Of a stretch of 64,000 nt of DNA, positions 56,864 through 64,000 are shown one piece after another; position 1 is the stretch's first letter, and every line of letters begins with the position of its first letter. The notes below the pieces were generated by a model. It ran no database searches, was not told where the DNA came from, and saw only the letters and a list, made by a program, of their open reading frames with translations. The stretch comes from a virus. The position numbers and the translations under genes were made by a program. The stretch is from the IMG/VR virus record IMGVR_UViG_3300019888_000107, positions 46,391-110,390 of that record; one strand, 5' to 3'.

Positions 56864-57682
56864 ATGACGTTCGTGCCCACGAGCTACACCGCGTTCATCG
56901 ACGGCTTGGTCGACGCGGGCCGGTGGCGGGAACGTGGGATCACACACTGGCATCTACTCAAGTATGAAGACGCCATTTTTCTCCCCAACGGCAAACTAAA
57001 CGAGCGCCGGTTCCGCAATGCGGACATTTTGCCGGTGGTGGGATCGTGCCAGGTGGTGGCGACCAACCCGCGTGAGGCTCTCACGTGGCTCGCCCGGGAG
57101 TGGACCGAGACGATGGCCAACCCGACGCAATGCCCGGAGGCTGTCCGGCGAGCGGCGCAACGGGGATGGCGCACCGTCGCTGACTGGCATCTCCAGCTGG
57201 AGTCGTCGTGGGATACGCTGGCAGGTGGGTCACTGCTCACCCCGGCTGGTGGAGGTATGGAGATCCGTCAGAACTGGTCACTGGATCTGCACTGCTACCC
57301 GATGACCTCGTCGCGGTGTCGACGCCACCCGTCCGTGAGCAACGCGAGCGCGACCGCCCGGCATCCTGGCCCCCCAGCGAACCATCCCGCCTTGACGACC
57401 TCGAAGCCGCACTTGCTGCCCTCCGCACCCCGCATCGCACACGAACGGATGACCCCCATGGCACAAGACTCGAATCCCAGCCACGAGTTCCTCGATGAGA
57501 TTGGTGTCATCGCGGCCGGCGCGCGCAAGGTGACCTGGCCCGCCTGGCCCGACCGCCCCGTCGCGGGCACGGTATACATCACCCCGGAGCCGAAGTCAGA
57601 CCAGAAATGCCCGGGGTGCGGGGTGTGGGCCTCGCCGTACTCTGGTAGCCCACCCCACAGCAAAAACTGCCCCTACCGCTAA
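56864..57682 (+). CDS. Hypothetical protein (3' part may be a separate gene)
   Basis: RBS GGAGAG; low-complexity middle. Confidence 0.4.
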   Translation: MTFVPTSYTAFIDGLVDAGRWRERGITHWHLLKYEDAIFLPNGKLNERRFRNADILPVVGSCQVVATNPREALTWLAREWTETMANPTQCPEAVRRAAQRGWRTVADWHLQLESSWDTLAGGSLLTPAGGGMEIRQNWSLDLHCYPMTSSRCRRHPSVSNASATARHPGPPANHPALTTSKPHLLPSAPRIAHERMTPMAQDSNPSHEFLDEIGVIAAGARKVTWPAWPDRPVAGTVYITPEPKSDQKCPGCGVWASPYSGSPPHSKNCPYR

Positions 57683-57939
57683 AGGACGCCACCATGGCGA
57701 ACCCCATCAACAAGTCCGACTACCCCCGCGTCGGCGGGATGTTCGGTGAGCCCTACGACTTCCTGATCATCCTGACCGGGCACCTCGGGTTCCTCGGGTT
57801 CGTGGCTTGGTGGGCGATGACCTATCCCGTGTGACCAACCTGGCCTCAGGCGAGCACGACGATCAGTAGCGAGTCACGGTGATGCGGCAGCTTGCGCCAA
57901 AGGTTGGGACTGACGCCGAGGACGAATGGGGATTACGTC

Positions 57940-58131
57940 ATGACGATCGAGCGGCAAGTGACCGGGATTATCTGCGATCACCCCGGCTGTGAGGTGCGGT
58001 TGGTGGTGCCTGCCGAGTGCACCCTCATGTCCACGAGGGGCTTGCGAGAACTAGCGGCGGCGTGGTGTGGCTGGAAAAAGCCCAGCTCCGACGGAGACTT
58101 CTGCCCAACCCACGCAACGGAGCATCCCTAG
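57940..58131 (+). CDS. Small Zn-finger protein (paralog of 58886-59080)
   Basis: CDHPGC..AAAWC.W..DFCPTH. Confidence 0.7.
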   Translation: MTIERQVTGIICDHPGCEVRLVVPAECTLMSTRGLRELAAAWCGWKKPSSDGDFCPTHATEHP

Positions 58132-58885
58132 CCAAGCCGTAGGCCGGTCGGACGGGGGTCAGATGACTGGCCGCATGAACTCACCCGCTGCAACCGCTGC
58201 TGCTGCCCGGCGAAGCTGGTACGTCAGCTCGACCTCCCGGTTGTACTGGGCTTCCGCGGCGGCCTTACGCGCCATCGCCTGCACCATCGGTGACGGGAGA
58301 GGCCGGGCCGGTTGGGGGTGCGCACAGTTCGGGCACAACCAATCAGTGACCACCACCCACGCCCTACGCTTGGTCTTCCGATTCCACGTGAGCACCTCGG
58401 TACGCCCACATATCATGCATGGGCCAGGGCAGCGCGCGCTCACGACGGGGTGTCCTCGGTCGCCGGCTCTGGTGCGGCCTCGACGGTCTCGGAACCTCCC
58501 TCGCCGTCGGCCGGCGGTGGAGGCGTGGCGGCGTCGGTGATCTCTTTGGCCAGCTCAGCCCCGATCGGTAGCTCCCCGGAGTACCACTCCCGACCCATGT
58601 GCAACACGGTGTACGGCGGTTCCTGCCGGGTGAAACGTCCATCCGAACCCCGCACGACGGCCGCGGGCTTGTCTGGCTTGCTCACCTGTGCTCCGTTCGT
58701 CGGTCTTCGGATCATCACGCGCCGATTGGTGGTCATCAGTCAGCTCCGGTAGTTACGGCGCGAGTTCCAGTTCTTGATCATCTCGTGGTGCGCCTTCCCG
58801 ACCTCCGCGCGCCACCGGCCGACGTAGTAGCCGACGTAGGCGCCCACCGCCATCCCGATGATCAGGAAGACCCACATGTCCTCGG

Positions 58886-59080
58886 TCACAGGTGCTCCGC
58901 TTTGTGGGTTGGGCAGAAGTCCCCGTTGGAGTTGGGTGGGCTCCAGCGACACCACGCCGCCGCGAGCGCACGCAGGGCCTTGCTCGGCAACAGGAATTTC
59001 TCGGCACCAGGCACGTCCAGCCGCGCGTAGCAGCCGGGGTGATCACAAGTCATTCCAGTGACTCGGTGTTCAATCGTCAT
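58886..59080 (-). CDS. Small Zn-finger protein (paralog of 57940-58131)
   Basis: CDHPGC..AAAWC.W..DFCPTH. Confidence 0.7.
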   Translation of the reverse strand: MTIEHRVTGMTCDHPGCYARLDVPGAEKFLLPSKALRALAAAWCRWSPPNSNGDFCPTHKAEHL

Positions 59081-59087
59081 AGCGTCC

Positions 59088-59531
59088 TCAATCCCACAAG
59101 GCCGGTAGGTTGTCCGCAACCCACAACAGGGCTGCTCGGGCAGGCTGGTAGAGCGTTTCCCACTCATCCAGGCTGTGATCGAATTGGGTGCTGTAGGCCA
59201 GCAGGGCATCGCCGTGGGTTTTGAGGTCGGCAACCCACCGCTCGTACGGGTACTCCGGGCCTGGGTAGCCGTGCGCGATCTCCGACATCGTCACCAGCTG
59301 CCGCCCGAGGACCAAGGTCAGATGGGTGTCCAGACCCCACACCGCCCGGTCATCCCAGCCACGCACAACACGCTGATGCGCCCACTTGACCCGGCGAGGC
59401 ACCTCGCGCACGCGCCTTCGCCAATCGCGGTAGGTGTCGACGGCACGATAGCGAACGCCGGCAAAACCCGTGGCGTTGCGTCTCTCCTCCCACGCGCGCA
59501 CGACGTCTTCAAAGTTGATCAAGCGTGTCAT
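59088..59531 (-). CDS. Conserved phage protein
   Basis: QRVVRGWDDRAVWGLD..HGYP..LWD. Confidence 0.65.
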   Translation of the reverse strand: MTRLINFEDVVRAWEERRNATGFAGVRYRAVDTYRDWRRRVREVPRRVKWAHQRVVRGWDDRAVWGLDTHLTLVLGRQLVTMSEIAHGYPGPEYPYERWVADLKTHGDALLAYSTQFDHSLDEWETLYQPARAALLWVADNLPALWD

Positions 59532-60786
59532 CGCGGGACCGCCATGTACTCGCTAGGGCTGTCCGCCGCGGGAGGTGTCGGCACGATCGCGGGGACCTCG
59601 GCGCCCCGGTGGCAGTCACACCGGCAGGGCTCACTACAAAACTTGCAATCCCGCCGACAATCTGAGTGCAGGGCGTGCTGACAGGCGGTGGAGAGGTAGG
59701 CGTGTGGCTCCCCAGCGCTCAACAGCCGATCCTGGCGACGCTGTTGGTCGATCGTGCGCAATCGTTCCAGCTCAGTGGTCAGTGCGCGTGCACACTCCGG
59801 CACCAGCCGCAATACCGCGAGCGCTTCGTCCACGGTGAGACCGTCGGGGGCCGTCATCGCGCCTCGCCTTGTTCTCTGGCCAGCCTCGCACGCAACCGCG
59901 CCAGTTCGGCGGTCACCACCATCACGTCTTCCGCCCACTCCGCCGCGCAGTCCGGGTGGTGGCGCCCGCTGGTGGTGTAGTTCAGCGCGCAATGACACTC
60001 GGTGTGCGCACGCAGCTCGGCGAGTGCCTCATCGGGGGTCATCGCGGTGACCGCACTCGGTGACCGTGGCCCGCATTGAACGGCCACTGTTGGACCTTCG
60101 TGGCCACCCGACGCTCATGGCCACCCGGTGATCGTGGCAGCGGGATCTTCATGGCCGCGGTTTGATCTTGGCCACAGCCCAACAGGTAGCCGGCCATCGC
60201 CGCGGTCAGCGTGGCCGCGAAGAAGAATATGGCCACGCCGAACAGCATCATTACCATCGCCGACCGTCCCGCCACACGCGCTGTTCCAGGCAACGAATCC
60301 GGCCCTCAAGGCGAATAACGATCCATATCAGCACCACATCCACCACACCCACAATGATGGAGACCACGGTGGAGCCCGCGATGTTTACAATGGCGGACAC
60401 GAGGAGTAGGAGCACCAGGGCGGTGGGCTGCCAGAACCGTATGCGATAGGGGGATCCCCTGCGCGGCGCCGGCTCGGGCTCACGTGTCATGCTCATCGTC
60501 TTCCTCTTCCCGAGGATAGGGGTCCTCCGCGGTCGCTATGTCGAGCAGCCATCCGCCAAGGCGACGGACCAGCAACACGCTCAGAACGCCCACAACAACC
60601 AGAGCCATCCTGCGCACTACGCTCACCGTCCTTCTCGGTAGGTTCTGGAACCGCATACACCCATGCAGGAATAACAGAATGCGGTGTTGCCTGGGCCCGC
60701 GATGGAGCGGTGATCGGCAAGAGGGTGTTTGCATCCGTACCAACACGGGCGCTTTTGCTCTTGTTGCCTGCGTTGTGCCTGCTGAC

Positions 60787-61290
60787 TCACTGCGTCCTCT
60801 CTCCGGTCGGGGTTGGCGGGATCACAAACGTCACCTCGTAGCGGCCGTTCCAGTCCCGGCAGTACGGACACCAGCGGGTGAGCCGGCGGTGTAGGGAAAA
60901 GACAACAACGCTGGCGCCTTGCATCAACACCGCAACGATGAGTGCTGGAGGCAGCCAGAACGAGAGCACAACGAATACGAGCTGCACGAACGCGGCGGGC
61001 ATATAGTGCTTGTGATAGCCCCGTAGTAGCGCCATCCGTCGCACCGCCTGGACAGCGCCGTCGAGAGGGAACTCCTCCGCACAGCGGGTGCACACGATCG
61101 ACAAGTGACGGAGATCGGCCAGTAGAGCAGCAACCACAACCAGCAGAAACACCATATAGATAGGTTCGAAAACAGGCCTGAAGGCGGAAACGAGCATGCG
61201 GTATCCAATGAGTCCAGCCCAGATGAAGGTGATGTGCGCTCGATAATGCGCCAGCCACATCGTGATCCTGCGCCGTCGGTAACTAGCCAT
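60787..61290 (-). CDS. Multi-pass membrane protein with Cys/His motifs
   Basis: ~4 TMs; CTRC, HRRLTRWCPYC. Confidence 0.6.
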   Translation of the reverse strand: MASYRRRRITMWLAHYRAHITFIWAGLIGYRMLVSAFRPVFEPIYMVFLLVVVAALLADLRHLSIVCTRCAEEFPLDGAVQAVRRMALLRGYHKHYMPAAFVQLVFVVLSFWLPPALIVAVLMQGASVVVFSLHRRLTRWCPYCRDWNGRYEVTFVIPPTPTGERTQ

Positions 61291-61321
61291 CACACGCCCG
61301 CCCTCACCCATCCTCGTTTTC

Positions 61322-62780
61322 TTAGAAGCTGCCGTTGCGCACGGGCTCGGCCGGCGGCGCAATCTTCGCCATCACACCCATCGGCTCGAACCCCGTGACA
61401 CGCATCCCGGCTACGGCGGCGGTGACACGCTTCTCGATAACCTTGTCCAGGGTGGGCAGCGGCTCCGGGTCGGCGGCGTCCTGGTGGAGCTTGAGCTGCG
61501 GGTGCAGGCTCCGAGCGGCACCGACCAGGTCTTCGGTGGTTAGTACGTAGTCGGTGCTGCCGTTCATCCGGTGAATAGCGAACGAACGGGCCCGGTCAGC
61601 GGTGGCCTTAATGAACGCCGGCAGGAACCCAGACATCTCCGCAAATACGGTGTCGAAATCAACATTGTCGGCGAGTTTGCCCGCGGCGACCACCACCCGG
61701 ATCAGCTTCTCGGTGGCGGCCCGGTCCAGCTCGGCAATCTCCAGTACGTAATCCAGCCGGCCCGGACGCAGCATTCCCGGCGGGACCTTCTTGATGTGAT
61801 TGCTCGACATAGCCACGATGATTTCGCCGGACTTAGTGTTGATTCCGTCGAACGCATCGAGCATTTCGGACACGGCCTTGGGGTTCGTGCTGCCGGTGTC
61901 GGTGTCGACGTCCTCTACCCACACCACAGCCGGGGCATACAGTCGGGCCGTGGTGAGTACGTCCTTGACCTGGTCCCGGCCGGGTCGGGCCATCACGAAC
62001 GTCCAGCCGGCCCGCACCGCTTCCTTGGCCGTCATCATTCCGATAGAACTTTTACCTGTTCCGTATGGCCCGTAGAGCAACACCGCCCTCTTGAGCGGGA
62101 TTTTCTCGTTGCGGTAGGACTGCGGGTGACGCAACGGAGCGAATAGTGCGGCGTCCAGGGAACTCTGAACCTTGGTGTCGAACACGATCTGGTTGGGGTC
62201 GAACTTGTCGAGATCCTCGATAAACGTGAGCTCGTCGGCCCCGCATACGGCCTGGCCGCGGTAGATCGACGCGTTCTTGAGCTGCTCGGCGACGTCGGCG
62301 AAAAACTCCTCGATCTCCTTGCCGTACATGCGCTTGGCCTCGACCGCGATGTGGAAGATCCGGCCGTAGTCGCGGTGGTTGGTGGTACCGAGGTAGACGT
62401 CGCCGCCTTCGATCGCCGGGATCTGAATCCGACCCCACGGCGCCTGCACCTTCTTGCCGCCGGGGCCGACCGGGACCTCTAGCACCTGGGGCGGCTCGTC
62501 GCCGAACATGGTGTGGGTGGCTTTGCCCATGGTCATGCCGTAGCGGGCCTTGAGCACGATGGACACCGCGACCGCACCGTCGTTCGGGCGGAAGTTGTAG
62601 TTGCGCGTGAAGTTGGCGACAGTTTCCTGTTCCCGCTTCTTCGCCTTGAGCATGTCGATGACGCCGGAGTACGTGGCGTTCTTCGGTAGGGTGATCAGCT
62701 TCTGATCGTCGTCGCGGAACTGAATCTCATCGCCGGTAATCAGGTCAGAGTTGACGAGTTTAATATGCATTTCAGGCATG
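61322..62780 (-). CDS. AAA+ ATPase (classical clade)
   Basis: GPYGTGKS, VWVEDVD, SRH SSNH..LRPGRLD. Confidence 0.92.
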
Positions 62781-62820
62781 GTTATCCCTCGGTGTGTGAT
62801 GGTTGGTTGGCGCGATTGTG

Positions 62821-63516
62821 TCAAGCGGCTAATTGCGTGGCGTGTACTTCGGGTTGGTGTGTGGGAGGCCAATTCCCGGCGTGTAGATTGGCATGCCCCA
62901 GCCACTTGGCCTCATCGACGGTGAGCGCGAAGAGCTGCCCCAGGTGCAGATCGGGTTCAGGTATCAAGTTGCCATCAGGGTCGCGCATACGTGGGTGTGC
63001 ACAGAGCTGACCCCGGCGTTGGTTGTCGGAATACCAGGTCACGTTGCCGTTGGTGCCGGGTCCGATGCGGTAGTGCGTACCGAGGTTGCCGACGAAATCA
63101 AACGTGCCGTCGTCCTCGTATTGGGCGCGCTGGGCATCGTTGAGGAACCTAAATAGCAGCTCTCGCGCCCGCTCCTCCGCACTTTCGCGTTCCCGCCGAC
63201 GCTGTGCGATTCGTTCCTGGTACTCCGCCTGTCGCCGGGTGTGGTCTGCCTCTTCTTCGGGTGTGAGTTGTTGAGTGGGCACGTTCATACGGGCTATCGA
63301 GCCGGGCTGCATGCGCACGGGACGGTTCCCTATGGGTGCGGTGCTGCTCGTAGTCGTTGCCCAGGTCGACACCGACACTGTGGTGCTGGAATAGCTGTAC
63401 GTGACGGGGTTGATCCAATACCCGCCGGTGCTGTTGAGAGACCCCGTAGAGCCGTTTAATGCCCACTGGCCAGCGCGAATGGTCGGGGCCGGCTCTACGG
63501 GGCTCTCATCAGGCAT
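62821..63516 (-). CDS. Hypothetical protein with C-terminal GNV..GQLCAHP domain
   Basis: Coiled coil followed by a compact domain with a single Cys. Confidence 0.65.
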   Translation of the reverse strand: MPDESPVEPAPTIRAGQWALNGSTGSLNSTGGYWINPVTYSYSSTTVSVSTWATTTSSTAPIGNRPVRMQPGSIARMNVPTQQLTPEEEADHTRRQAEYQERIAQRRRERESAEERARELLFRFLNDAQRAQYEDDGTFDFVGNLGTHYRIGPGTNGNVTWYSDNQRRGQLCAHPRMRDPDGNLIPEPDLHLGQLFALTVDEAKWLGHANLHAGNWPPTHQPEVHATQLAA

Positions 63517-63524
63517 GGCTAGTG

Positions 63525-63755
63525 TCAGCCACCCTGGGTCTGGGGCATCATCACGATTTCCGTGGCGGCCGGATCGAACTCGCGCAGAAGATCACGGGAC
63601 CTGTCGGCGTTCACCCGGTATGCCAGGTACTTGTGCTCACCCTTCATGCGCGTGAACGCGGCGCGGGCGTTCTCGACCTCGGCCGGAATGTTCGGGTCCC
63701 ACTTGATCTCGGTGTGGCCGCTGGTATCGGGCACACTCAGCAGGCTGGCAGTCAT
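63525..63755 (-). CDS. 76-aa protein ending in Gly-Gly (ubiquitin/MoaD-like candidate)
   Basis: EIVMMPQTQGG*; RBS AGGAG. Confidence 0.65.
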   Translation of the reverse strand: MTASLLSVPDTSGHTEIKWDPNIPAEVENARAAFTRMKGEHKYLAYRVNADRSRDLLREFDPAATEIVMMPQTQGG

Positions 63756-63944
63756 CGGTTGTGTGTCTCCTGTGTGTTGTTGGTTGTTACAGCCAGATGG
63801 CGGGCAGGTCGGGGATGCTAGCGAATCCGCAATCCGACACTGTGTTCCCTACCGCGAGTTGGGGATAACGGCCCTTATCGAAGTCACCAATAAAATTACT
63901 AACATGATGGCGACTAACAAGACTGCTGGAGGGCCCTAACCGCT

Positions 63945-64000
<56 letters not shown>

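Overview
High-GC actinobacteriophage DNA (temperate-type; non-structural part of the genome, no capsid, tail or large terminase gene recognised). Left: small + strand genes with a DUF932 protein, a DUF3631 Rep-like ATPase with iterons, and a serine resolvase. Middle: a long - strand replication/regulation operon with a single-chain primase-helicase-PolA fusion, two DNA methyltransferases, RuvC, two DnaQ-like exonucleases, an SNF2 helicase with a class 3-type intein, SSB, a Cas4-like nuclease, WhiB and DUF397 proteins. This operon starts at an Xis-like HTH/XRE switch (~41.5-42.5 kb). Right: two Lsr2 homologs, 10 tRNA genes, vWA and metallophosphoesterase genes, an intact attP-int-xis, and a Gly-Gly-terminated small protein / Cys protein / AAA+ ATPase trio. 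The standout is a stand-alone Cas7/RAMP-like gene (36724-37398, -). Immediately upstream lie a 1.1 kb and a 0.25 kb non-coding array with a non-CRISPR grammar: about 41 short anchors (CGAC) separated by variable runs with CC (GG on +) every ~5 nt. This is a candidate phage-encoded RNA-guided system. All family calls are by-eye motif recognition; no searches were run.
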